NCBI GenBank assembly: GCA_965208615.1
Contig: CBDBPB010000008.1
Span: 64,001 to 128,000, forward strand
DNA from: Spirochaetota bacterium
GTDB taxonomy: Bacteria; Spirochaetota; UBA6919; CBDBPB01
Length of the DNA stretch: 64,000 nucleotides
Direction of reading: 5' to 3'
In this document: positions 19,392-29,400 of the stretch, in pieces
How the letters are laid out: each line of letters begins with the position of its first letter
How positions within the stretch are numbered: the first letter of the stretch is position 1
Translations under genes and position numbers: made by a program
The notes under the pieces: model-generated
The model's input: the letters and a program-made list of their open reading frames with translations, nothing else
Told to the model about the DNA's origin: nothing
Database searches by the model: none

Positions 19392-22346
19392 TTATTGAGT
19401 TTCTATTATTTTGAGGGTTTTTTCATATTTGTCTATGTTGCGGTGGTTTATACTCTTAGCTATTTTAATGAGCTTCTTTTGAAAGCTGATAGCCTTGCTA
19501 TAATCCTTTAAATGATAATAGCTAAGAGCAATAATATTATATACTTCGATAAGGATAGGCTTTTGGTTTTTTATTTTTGCTAAAATGGCCAAAGAACTCT
19601 TAGAATATTTTATAGCTCTATTATACTTATTTTGGTTATAAGCTTGTTCTCCCAGTTTGTTATATGAATATGCCATATAACTTTTGGCTTTTATTTCCAA
19701 CTTTATATTTTTTATAAAGTTAAAGTACTTTAGTGATTTAGTAAAATACTTTAACGACTTATTATAAAGGCTTTTATTATAATTTATTATAGCAATATTA
19801 AAATATACGTTTGCCATAGTGTTATACGCACTCTTATTCCTTAACAGTTCTATGGTCCAAAAATAATGCTTTAAAGCTTTATTGGGCTTATTCAGTTTTT
19901 CATAAATAGAGGCAATATTAACTAGGGTATTTGCAACCATAGTATTATGGAATAAGCCTTTTTTGATCTCCAAAGATATTCTAAGGTACTTTATAGCAGA
20001 ATTATAATCATTATTTTTAGAATACATAACTCCCATATCGTTAGTAATTTTTGCTTTTAGATATAGGGCATTTTTTAGTCCACTTTTGTCATTGGTATTT
20101 AATCCTTTAGATATGGCTTTATTAATGTTTTCTAATGCTATAGTATATTTTTGTTGTTTATAATAGTTATACCCAATATTGGTATATGTTCGTCCAAGAG
20201 CAATATCGTGTTTTACTAACTCATAGATAGTTTTGACTTTTTTTAGGTATATTATAGACTTTTTATATTCCCTTTTTTTAAAGTAATATTTACCTAAATT
20301 ATCATATACCCCCATTAACTCAACTATTATTCTAGCATTACCCTCTTTATATTTAGTTTTAGTACTAATTTTTTTAGCTTTTATTAATAGTTCTTCGCTT
20401 TTATTATAGTTATTACGTTCATTTTCAACCATAGCCATTTCTATAAGAATATCCACTTTAGCCCTCAAGTTATTATGTTTAAATCTTATGGCATAGGTTT
20501 TTTTTAAATAATTATAGGCCTTATTATACTCTTTTTTTTTGTAGTATACCATTGCTATACTGTTATAATTATTCGCAAGGAAATATTCATCTTTTTCTTT
20601 TCTATATATGTATGCAGAACTCTTATAATATTTAATTGCGTTATCATATTCGTTTAGAGCCTCATGTACTCTTGCTATATTATTTTGACACATAGCAATT
20701 TCCTTAGTCTTATTCAATGATTTAACAATTCTAAGGGCCTTTTTAAAGTATCCCAAAGTTTTTTTATACTGCCTTCTAATAAAATAGGCCATGGCAATAT
20801 TATTGGATGCACTTGATATTCCAAATGAATCATTAATTTGTTCACTTATTTTTAATGCTTTATTAAAGTATCCAATGGCTTTTTTAGGCTGATGTCTTTG
20901 TATATAAAATCCACCAATATTGTTATTAGCGGTAGAAATGCCATATAAGTCTTTATTTTGTTTACTAATATTCAGGGCTTTTTTAAAAAGCGATAATGCC
21001 TTATTAAACCTACCCTGATAACTGTATACTGTACCAATATTGTTATTTGATCTTGCTATCCAATAGTTATTTTCGGCGTTAGTAGACAGCCATAAAACAT
21101 TAGTAAAGTATTGCAATGCCAATCTATATTTTTTATTATAGAGATATATTTGTCCTATAGTATTATTAGCTTCAAGATGGTTAGAATTATATTCTAGAGC
21201 TTTGTTTAGGTTTGCTATTGCCTTATTAGGATATCTTACACCATAAGCTTGTCCAATTTTAGTATATATACCTGCCAGACGTACACGTACATCTTTATAG
21301 TTGTAGTTTATTTTTAATATTTGTTTGTATAAGCTAATGGCAGTATAATATTTACTTTTAATCTGTTGTAAAACGGCTTTATAATATAGTCTTTCAATTT
21401 TAGGTAGTTTTTTTCTTTCTATATTTTTGTAAAACAAATAAAAGTTTTCTTTGACCTTAAAAGGAGATTGAAATGGTATCATTTTAGGTCTCTGACTATC
21501 AAATCCGCTTTCTTGTAAATCAGATATCTTTAGATTAACGTGGGAGTTCAAATCTTCAAATGAATAGGCATTTTTATTTGGATCAAGCTCAGAAAAGAAT
21601 GCGGCCAATATAATACTAAACATCCCATTACCCACACCATTATATCCTAATCCCTCTAAAAACTTATATGTGCTACCCAAGTGGCTTTGCATACCTTTTA
21701 TTTGTTTATAATTAGCCTCTCTCGACTGCTGATGAGCAAGACTGCTATAAACCCTAATAATATTTGATCTATACCTTAATCTTTCCTTAACCTCTTTATT
21801 GTTATTAGACAGTCCCACTTGTTTATAGGCATTATCTGAGTTATCAGAGATTAGTATATTATTCCCTCCTTCTTCTGCTCCTGAATAGCAGGAATCCATT
21901 ATTATTACTGTATCATTTTTAAAAGAGTTAAAGAAATCATAAAATAGTTTTGGTTTTATAGTTTTTCTATCAGCAAAAATAGGCATACCATTGTTATTAC
22001 CATGACCTGCATAAATAAAAACAATAAGCTCATCCTTTTTGACCCTGGATTTAAACTCGTTTATAATGGATATAAAGTCATATAGCTCTACATTTTTATA
22101 TGAGCTAATCCTATTAAGAGGAACCTTATATAACCTTCTAAAAATAGTCTTATAAACCTCTATATCATTAATGGTATATTTTAAGTCTAAATCCTGACCT
22201 TTATAATCCTGATTGGCTATCATTAAAACATGGAATTTTGGTGTTTTATAGTCCTCTAGCTGGGATAGTTCAATAGAAAATAGGACATTAATAAAATTAA
22301 AGCAAAATATACATATAACAATACCCTTTATAAGGCTCTTATTCAC
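19392..22346 (-). CDS. Exported caspase-like (peptidase C14) protease with a long TPR array
   Basis: Signal peptide; LMIANQDY, catalytic YAGHG and MDSCYSG, QQSRE, GNGMFS, SQRPKM; numerous TPRs (SNNNIGTVY, ALSLFKKAL). Confidence 0.88.
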   Translation of the reverse strand: MNKSLIKGIVICIFCFNFINVLFSIELSQLEDYKTPKFHVLMIANQDYKGQDLDLKYTINDIEVYKTIFRRLYKVPLNRISSYKNVELYDFISIINEFKSRVKKDELIVFIYAGHGNNNGMPIFADRKTIKPKLFYDFFNSFKNDTVIIMDSCYSGAEEGGNNILISDNSDNAYKQVGLSNNNKEVKERLRYRSNIIRVYSSLAHQQSREANYKQIKGMQSHLGSTYKFLEGLGYNGVGNGMFSIILAAFFSELDPNKNAYSFEDLNSHVNLKISDLQESGFDSQRPKMIPFQSPFKVKENFYLFYKNIERKKLPKIERLYYKAVLQQIKSKYYTAISLYKQILKINYNYKDVRVRLAGIYTKIGQAYGVRYPNKAIANLNKALEYNSNHLEANNTIGQIYLYNKKYRLALQYFTNVLWLSTNAENNYWIARSNNNIGTVYSYQGRFNKALSLFKKALNISKQNKDLYGISTANNNIGGFYIQRHQPKKAIGYFNKALKISEQINDSFGISSASNNIAMAYFIRRQYKKTLGYFKKALRIVKSLNKTKEIAMCQNNIARVHEALNEYDNAIKYYKSSAYIYRKEKDEYFLANNYNSIAMVYYKKKEYNKAYNYLKKTYAIRFKHNNLRAKVDILIEMAMVENERNNYNKSEELLIKAKKISTKTKYKEGNARIIVELMGVYDNLGKYYFKKREYKKSIIYLKKVKTIYELVKHDIALGRTYTNIGYNYYKQQKYTIALENINKAISKGLNTNDKSGLKNALYLKAKITNDMGVMYSKNNDYNSAIKYLRISLEIKKGLFHNTMVANTLVNIASIYEKLNKPNKALKHYFWTIELLRNKSAYNTMANVYFNIAIINYNKSLYNKSLKYFTKSLKYFNFIKNIKLEIKAKSYMAYSYNKLGEQAYNQNKYNRAIKYSKSSLAILAKIKNQKPILIEVYNIIALSYYHLKDYSKAISFQKKLIKIAKSINHRNIDKYEKTLKIIETQ

Positions 22347-22373
22347 AACTACGACCTTAATTAATATAGTATT

Positions 22374-23297
22374 TTAATCAGTCTTACTAATAATCTCTAA
22401 ATATTTTTTTCTTTTGTTTATTTTGACTTGACTTGGTGGTCTATCTTCTTTCATTAGCATATTATATTTGTTATTAGTTTTTTTAACCTTTTTTATTTTT
22501 TTAGCCTTATATATCTTAGACTTAGGTTTTTTGTATATTTTCTTTTGTAGTTCAGTATACTGTTCATCTTTAGAAGGCTTATCCTTGTATTGTTCATCTT
22601 TAGACGGCTTATCCTTGTATAGTTCATCTTTGTATAATTTGTTTTGTTCTTTAAATAGGCTAATCAATTTGGGATAGTTATTTTCTTTTGCTATATCTAT
22701 GGGGGTTTTACCATCATTATTTTTTATGTATATTGAGTTAGTGCTTAGCCTTTTTATCAGGAATAGGGATATATCATCATTTCCTTTGTAAGCACTAATG
22801 TGAAGTGGAGTATTATTAAATTTATACTTAATATTTAGATTTACTCCTATATTAATAAGATCCATTATTTTTTCTTTATTGTTGTTAATAATGGAGTCAT
22901 ATAGTTCTAGGCTAAGATTTTTAGTTAATATTGTTTGTATATTAAGACTTTCGTCTTTTTCGAAAAGGGTTAATTTATAGGGTATATCTTTATATAATTT
23001 TAGATTAAAGGTTATATATTTCTTTTTATTTTTATCTATCTCTTTTATTGAAAGGGTTTTTTTATTTATTTGCCAGTAAAATCTTTTAATAATGTTATTA
23101 TCTTTGATTATAAAGCCTTTTTTATCCTGAAAGAAGTGATATTCTTTATTTATATCCGAATTTAACTTGTTATCTTTATTATATATAAAATCTACTTTCC
23201 AGCTTCCGATTATGGATCTAAACAGCTTATTTTTGTAATTGTAATTTGATCCCAAAGAAAATATTAATAATAGTATTATACAGATTTTGATATACAT
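22374..23297 (-). CDS. Exported protein with lipocalin-like N-domain, ankyrin repeats and Lys-rich tail
   Basis: Likely ATG start at 23297 (MYIKICIILLLIFSLG); IIGSWKV; ankyrin NNTPLHISAYKG, DGKTPIDIA. Confidence 0.75.
   Translation of the reverse strand: MYIKICIILLLIFSLGSNYNYKNKLFRSIIGSWKVDFIYNKDNKLNSDINKEYHFFQDKKGFIIKDNNIIKRFYWQINKKTLSIKEIDKNKKKYITFNLKLYKDIPYKLTLFEKDESLNIQTILTKNLSLELYDSIINNNKEKIMDLINIGVNLNIKYKFNNTPLHISAYKGNDDISLFLIKRLSTNSIYIKNNDGKTPIDIAKENNYPKLISLFKEQNKLYKDELYKDKPSKDEQYKDKPSKDEQYTELQKKIYKKPKSKIYKAKKIKKVKKTNNKYNMLMKEDRPPSQVKINKRKKYLEIISKTD
22555..22635. repeat. In-frame 30-bp tandem repeat (KDKPSKDEQY x2) with a 15-bp sub-period
   Basis: TGTTCATCTTTAGA(A/C)GGCTTATCCTTGTA repeated. 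Confidence 0.8.
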
Positions 23298-23482
23298 ATT
23301 GCTATAAACACCTGTATACTCCAACTTATTAATATTATATTAATTTAGGTCAAATTATTTTAGAGATAAGTTGAGATAATGTTAACAAGCCTTATCCATA
23401 GTCTAAAAGCTGGACGTAACTATAACAAGTAAACCAAGATACCTTCATCTATAAGTATTTCAATGTTATTAAAAGCAATCAT

Positions 23483-23508
23483 AAAAAAAGAGGAGCTATA
23501 CTCCCCTT
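23483..23508 (-). terminator. Intrinsic terminator of the Pmp-like gene
   Basis: Minus strand AAGGGGAG-TATAG-CTCCTCTT-TTTTT. Confidence 0.8.
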
Positions 23509-23541
23509 AATTTTATAACAAAAATAAATATACTTATTAGT

Positions 23542-23607
23542 CTGACTCAAAATATGGTTGTACCTGACTCAATGTCTGACTGTACCTGACTCAAGGTTTG
23601 ACTGTAC
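23542..23607 (-). repeat. Three tandem 22-bp repeats spanning the Pmp-like stop codon
   Basis: Minus strand GTACAGTCAAACCTTGAGTCAG / GTACAGTCAGACATTGAGTCAG / GTACAACCATATTTTGAGTCAG. Confidence 0.88.
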
Positions 23608-25587
23608 AAGTTTATATGTATTATCAACCCTTTTATTTTCATCATCACCCTCTCCATAGGTTGGAGTACCTGTTATGCTTGAATTATTATTATAAATAGC
23701 CCCACCTTTGCCTACTTTTTCTTTTCCACTTTCAATACTACCAGCAATGTTTTTATTAAAAATCACCGTATTATCTAAAGTGGGCTTGCTATTATCACTA
23801 TTATACATGCCCCCTCCGTATTGCTTAGCCTCATTGCTATTAAAAGTCACATCTTTTAAAGTGGGAAAGGTTTTATAATTATACATGCCCCCTCCTTTAG
23901 TAGCCGTATTACTAGTAAAAGTCACATCTTTTAAAGTGGGAAAGGTTTTATAATTAGTCATGCCCCCTCCGTGTATAGCCGTATTACTATTAAACTCCAC
24001 ATTTGTTAAAGTGGGAGAGCTATTACCATTAGCCATGCCCCCTCCGCCGTCATTTGCCGTATTACTAGTAAACTCCACATTTGTTAAAGTGGGAGAGCTA
24101 TCATAAGCATTAAACATGCCTCCTCCGGCCTCGGCCGTATTACTAGTAAACTTCACATTTGTTAAAGTGGGAGAGCTATTATTATTAAACATGCCCCCTC
24201 CGTACCTATTAGCCGTATTACTAGTAAAAGTCACATTTGTTAACTTGGGAGAGCTATTATTATTATACATGCCCCCTCCTAAGTCGGCCGTATTACTAGT
24301 AAACTCCACATCTTTTAAAGTGGGAGAGCTCTTCTCATTACCCATGCCCCCTCCGAGTTTGGCCTTATTACTAGTAAACTCCACATTTGTTAAAGTGGGA
24401 GAGCTATTATTATTAAGCATGCCCCCTCCGGCCTCGGCCGTATTAGTAGTAAAAGTCACAGTTGTTAACGTTGGAGAGCTATTATTATTATACATGCCCC
24501 CCCCTCCTAACAATGTGGCCGTATTACTAGTAAACTCCACATTTGTTAAAGTGGGAGAGCTTTTATCCCAATTAGCCATGCCCCCCCCTCCGTACTTTTT
24601 TGCTGTATTACTATTAAAAGTCACAGTTGTTAAAGTGGGAGAGCTATTATTATTAAGCATGCCCCCTCCGGCCTCGGCCGTATTACTAGTAAACTTCACA
24701 TTTGTTAAAGTGGGAGAGCTATTATTCTCATTATACATGCCCCCTCCGATCCAGTTAGCCGTATTACTAGTAAACTCCACAGTTGTTAACGTTGGAGAGC
24801 TATTATTATTATACATGCCCCCTCCGAGCAAGCTAGCCGTATTAGTAGTAAAAGTCACATCTTTTAAAGTGGGAGAGCTCTTCTCATTATACATGCCCCC
24901 TCCTAAGTCGGCCGTATTACTAGTAAAAGTCACAGTTGTTAACGTTGGAGAGCTATTATTATTATACATGCCCCCTCCGATCCAGTTAGCCGTATTAGTA
25001 GTAAAAGTCACATCTGTTAAAGTGGGAGAGCTATTATTATTAAACATTCCCCCTCCCCTATCATGGGGAGAACGACCATTAGCATTACCTTTGGTAATAG
25101 TAACCGCCGCTAGCTTTGCTGAGTTATTTAACTTTGCTTTGTCTTCTTTATCACCCGGATGATAAAAAACATGATAGACATTATCATTATCACTATCCTC
25201 TGTTCCAACATCACCGCTTAGAATAGTCTTATATTGTTCAGGATCGTTAGACTCATAAATATTTACACCAGGATAACTGCCAATAACCTCTACACCATTC
25301 TTTAAGGCAAAATGCTTATTACGATCACCACTACCACCATTTGGATGACTAGTAGGTTTATAAGTTCCTTTTGATACATATACCTTAACAGGTTTTTTAC
25401 TAGACTTAAACTTTTCTGAGGCTTTATTAATAGCCTTTTGTAGATCACTAAAGGCAGTATTCCAGGATTTCCCATTTTTAGTAGTACGCTTTTCACCTTT
25501 TTTTAAAGCTTTTACAAAGAATCCATTTACTTGTTTGCATTCTATTAATAAAACTAAAATTGCTAAAATAAATAATACTTTTTTCAT
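23569..25587 (-). CDS. Pmp-like right-handed beta-helix repeat surface lipoprotein
   Basis: SD AGGGGG; signal MKKVLFILAILVLLIEC; SWNTAFSDLQKAI and VSKGTYKP cap; 17 repeats GGGMxN..SSPTLxxVxFxxNxA (GGAI/FxxN type). Confidence 0.88.
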   Translation of the reverse strand: MKKVLFILAILVLLIECKQVNGFFVKALKKGEKRTTKNGKSWNTAFSDLQKAINKASEKFKSSKKPVKVYVSKGTYKPTSHPNGGSGDRNKHFALKNGVEVIGSYPGVNIYESNDPEQYKTILSGDVGTEDSDNDNVYHVFYHPGDKEDKAKLNNSAKLAAVTITKGNANGRSPHDRGGGMFNNNSSPTLTDVTFTTNTANWIGGGMYNNNSSPTLTTVTFTSNTADLGGGMYNEKSSPTLKDVTFTTNTASLLGGGMYNNNSSPTLTTVEFTSNTANWIGGGMYNENNSSPTLTNVKFTSNTAEAGGGMLNNNSSPTLTTVTFNSNTAKKYGGGGMANWDKSSPTLTNVEFTSNTATLLGGGGMYNNNSSPTLTTVTFTTNTAEAGGGMLNNNSSPTLTNVEFTSNKAKLGGGMGNEKSSPTLKDVEFTSNTADLGGGMYNNNSSPKLTNVTFTSNTANRYGGGMFNNNSSPTLTNVKFTSNTAEAGGGMFNAYDSSPTLTNVEFTSNTANDGGGGMANGNSSPTLTNVEFNSNTAIHGGGMTNYKTFPTLKDVTFTSNTATKGGGMYNYKTFPTLKDVTFNSNEAKQYGGGMYNSDNSKPTLDNTVIFNKNIAGSIESGKEKVGKGGAIYNNNSSITGTPTYGEGDDENKRVDNTYKLVQSNLESGTVRH
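23750..25056 (-). repeat. Coding tandem array, 17 units of about 75-84 bp
   Basis: Near-identical DNA blocks such as CATGCCCCCTCC, GCCGTATTACTAGTAAA and GTGGGAGAGCT recur in almost every unit. Confidence 0.92.
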
Positions 25588-25767
25588 AATTCCCCCTATT
25601 GTTTTTTTAGCTTAAAACGTTAAGCTCTAATAGGCCAACGCATATAAAGCTATATCATTTAAAAATAAGCCCACTATAATGTAATAAATCCCGGGGAAAA
25701 GTAAAACTAAAAAAACTTAAATTTACTTTATGAGGGGGATAACTTTTAATATTCTCAATTGGCATAC

Positions 25768-25899
25768 CTATACATAATATGTAATAATTTAGTATAACGG
25801 ATACTTCATCAAGTTTAGGTTGTTGAAAATAGACATGCATATAAACTTGTACGCTCAGACCTTGAGTTAGGGCTGGTAGGTATATTTATTTTTTGTTAA
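25768..25899 (+). pseudogene. Degenerate 3' fragment of a Pmp-like paralog, inverted relative to 23569-25587
   Basis: CATATAAACTTGTACGCTCAGACCTTGAG matches the gene end CATATAAACTTGTACAGTCAAACCTTGAG; reads ENRHAYKLVRSDLELGLVGIFIFC* versus ENKRVDNTYKLVQSNLESGTVRH*; upstream frame broken. Confidence 0.7.
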
Positions 25900-26328
25900 G
25901 GCTAATGTTAGTATAGCTTTTCTTTTTTATGATAATTTAGGTTATTTAGAGTGATATTATTTAGTAATTTAGTTATCATTTTATGACAAAGTTATGACAA
26001 AGTCTACAAGGTAAAAAGCAAGACATATAACGTAAAGGCGGATGTATTTTATATCTCTTTGTGGAACAGGAAAGTTAAAATATTTATGTAAAAGTTATTT
26101 TCCTGTGTCAAGCAGGTTATCCCTATATGCTCTTTAAGTGCTGTTTAAATGCCTTAGTAATGAACACAAAATATCACTTTTTATGCAAGTAGTCATCATT
26201 ACGGGAGCTATTAAGAATCCCTTACTGAGACTAAGAATTATAGACCCTTATTAAGTGTTAACGGATTTGTAGTTCCATAAAGGCGTAGAGCGGATTATTT
26301 AAATATTACATGTTGACTTTATATGTAA
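25849..26328 (+). repeat. ~480-bp non-coding dispersed repeat, copy A (copy B at 59472-59937)
   Basis: 26061-26260 versus 59670-59869 align ungapped with 14 mismatches in 200 bp (manual count). Confidence 0.92.
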
Positions 26329-26440
26329 AACCTCAAAAAGTATACCTAATCCTCTATGATAAATAACAATCATAAAAAGTAAACTACTAAAACCTTCACT
26401 AACTAAATCTATCTAAAATTGTCTTAGAGTAATTCCTTAT

Positions 26441-29400
26441 CTAATAAGAACGCTTGAAAAATAAATAGTAAATACATGGGATTAATAATAACGACGTAAA
26501 TGTCGAAAAAGAAAGACCCGCAATCACTGATAGGGCCATAGGTACCTGTAATTCACTACCCTCACCTATCCCAATTGCAAGAGGTATTAATGCAAAAGTA
26601 GTTGTAAAACTCGTCATAAGAATCGGCCTTAATCGCCTGTTAGACGCCTCAATAATCGCACTCTTAAGGCTAATACCTGTTTTACGTGAGCGCTCTATAA
26701 AATCCACAAGTACAATAGAATTGTTAACCACTATACCAATAAGCATAATAAAACCTATAAATCCCTGAACATCAAAGGACATATCCAATAAATAAAATAC
26801 CATAATCACTCCACTAAATGAAAATGGTACTGTAAACATAATAATAAAAGGTATCTTTAATGACTCAAACTGAGCCGCCATTACCATATATACCAATAAA
26901 ATAGCTAAAACTATAATGAAATATAATCCCTCATAAGCTGTTTTTTGCTCCTCAAATATACCCCCATAATTAATCCTAAACTCAGAAGGCAAATCAATTG
27001 TATTAATAGCATCCTGAATGTCAGTAAGTACAGATTGGGAGTCACGATTATATATATTACCCCTAATATAAATTACCCTCTGCTGATTTAACCGCTCTAT
27101 AACAATAGGGCCAACCTCCTCTTTCACATTGATCAAACTCCTTAATAATATCTTCTTACCGCCAGCAACTGGATAGGACAGATTATTAATAGCCTCAATA
27201 TTATTAATATCCGCTTCAGAAATGCGTATTCTAATATCATGCTCATACTCCCCATCAGTATAGCGTGTGGAAACCTTACCCAATAAAGCAGTCTGTAAGT
27301 AGTCCCCCAAAAGCCTTACAGATAAACCAGCCTCCTTAGCCTTCTGACGATCAACATAAACCGCATACTCAGGACTACCATACTCCCTTGACTGTCTCAG
27401 ACCATGTATGCCCTCAATACCCTTTATAAGCCCCATAATCCTTTTGGCTAACTTATCCCCAGCCTTAAGGTTATGACCCAATATCTCCAAACTAATTCTC
27501 TCATCACCCCCTCTTAAAAAGCGAAATATAAAAAAACTACTAGGATAAACCCTAAGCTTAACATTACTAACCTTGGATAAACTCTTTCTAATCCTAGAGG
27601 CAATCCTATCAGAACTATCCCCCCGAATAGATAAAGCCTTTAAAATAAGAATCATCCTCCCAGCATTCTCTTGCAACCTTCTATAGCCAGATTGACCAAT
27701 CCTCGCATATATACTCTCTATCACATTATTATAGTCTTTTAATAGTATGCTCTCTATCTCCCTAAACTTAAGATCAGTAGTCTTTAGGTTAGTTCCTACA
27801 GGAAGTTCTGCCGTAATTCTAATTTCTCCCTCGTCAGACAAAGGCATAAAATCAAATCCCATAAAGCCTAATAACAATAAACTAAATAAAAAAACAATAG
27901 CAAATAAACTCACAGTTAACTTACTGCGAGATAATGCCTTATTAATAAGCTCGTTATAAATACTAGCAATCTTATCCAAAAATAGTGATATGCCATTACT
28001 AATAAAAATAAATACTCTATGATTAGCCTTATTATTAAAACTTAAAAACTTTGCAGAAAATGACGGTATTATAGTAATAGCAACCAATAAAGATGCAATT
28101 AATGCAAAACTAATCATATATGCAAGCTGACCAAACATAACTCCTACTGCACCCTCTAAAAAAAATAGCGGTAAGAATACCACTAAACTAGTAATAGTGG
28201 ATACAGTAATAGGCATGGATACCTCACTAGTACCAATACTAGAGGCAGTCATACTATTTTTAGCCTCATCCTTATGCCTGAATATATTTTCTATTACCAC
28301 AATGGAATTATCAACCAACATACCTATTCCAAGAGCCAATCCACCAAAGCTCATCATGTTTAGCGTAAAGTTAACCCCCTTCATAAATATAAAAGTGGCT
28401 ATTATGGATATAAACATAGAACAGGCAATTATAAATGTACTCCTAACACTCCGTAAAAAGAATAAAAGTACCAATATAGCAATTAATCCACCAAATAAGG
28501 CCGCCTGTTGTACGTTAGATATTGACCTCTTAATAAACTTTGACGTATCCCGAGTAATGGCTATATCAATATTCCTATTTGGATCACTACTAATCTCATT
28601 TACCTCTTGCCTTATTCTATTGGCAACGTCAATAGTATTGCCATCAGGTTGCTTTACTATCATAAGTAATAAGGCATTCTTAGCATTCACCCTAACAAAA
28701 CTACTAATATCTTTATATTTATCCTTAACATAAGCCACATCCCTCACCTTAATAGGAATGCCGTCTATAGTTTTTATAACCACATCAGATATTTCATCTA
28801 TATTCTTAAACTTACCCTTAGTCTTAACAACGTACTTAGTCCTACCAACACTAAAATTACCAGCGGCAATATCAATATTCTCTGACCTAATAGCGCTAAC
28901 AACCTCATTAATAGATAAATTCTTAGCTTGAATGTCGTTATACCTTAGCTCAACAACGATCTCTCGCTCTAAACCACCGCGAACTACTACCTGTGCAACA
29001 CCAGATAGCCTTTCAAACCTATGTTTAAGCTCTTTATCCGCATACTCCCTGAGCTTAACCCAGCTCATATTACCACTTATACCCAAAAATATTATTGGTA
29101 TATCCCTTAGATCAAACTTAAAAACTATTGGTGTATTAGCATCCTCAGGCAGGCGTTCTCTTATTCTGTCAATCTTGGCACGAAGATCATTGGTTAACTC
29201 ATCAAGATCAACACCCCATTTAAAACTAAGCCTTACAATACTTCTCCCCTCCAACGACTGAGAGGTTACCTTATCAGCACTCTCTATTGTGGATGCCACC
29301 TCTTCAATGGGTCTTGTTATAAGGGTTTCTATTTCTTGGGATGATACACCCTCATAGTCTGTTTGTATGCTTATTATTGGAAAGGTTATATCGGGCATAA

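Noticed and set aside
24116-25162. 348-aa plus-strand ORF
   Set aside because: Antisense shadow of the Pmp-like repeats
25655-25840. 61-aa minus-strand ORF and other short overlapping ORFs in the track
   Set aside because: No SD or recognisable motif; they are antisense to or nested in well-supported genes or the Pmp remnant
23569-26328. Diversity-generating retroelement (VR/TR pair)
   Set aside because: No reverse transcriptase in the window; differences between the copies include indels and non-adenine changes
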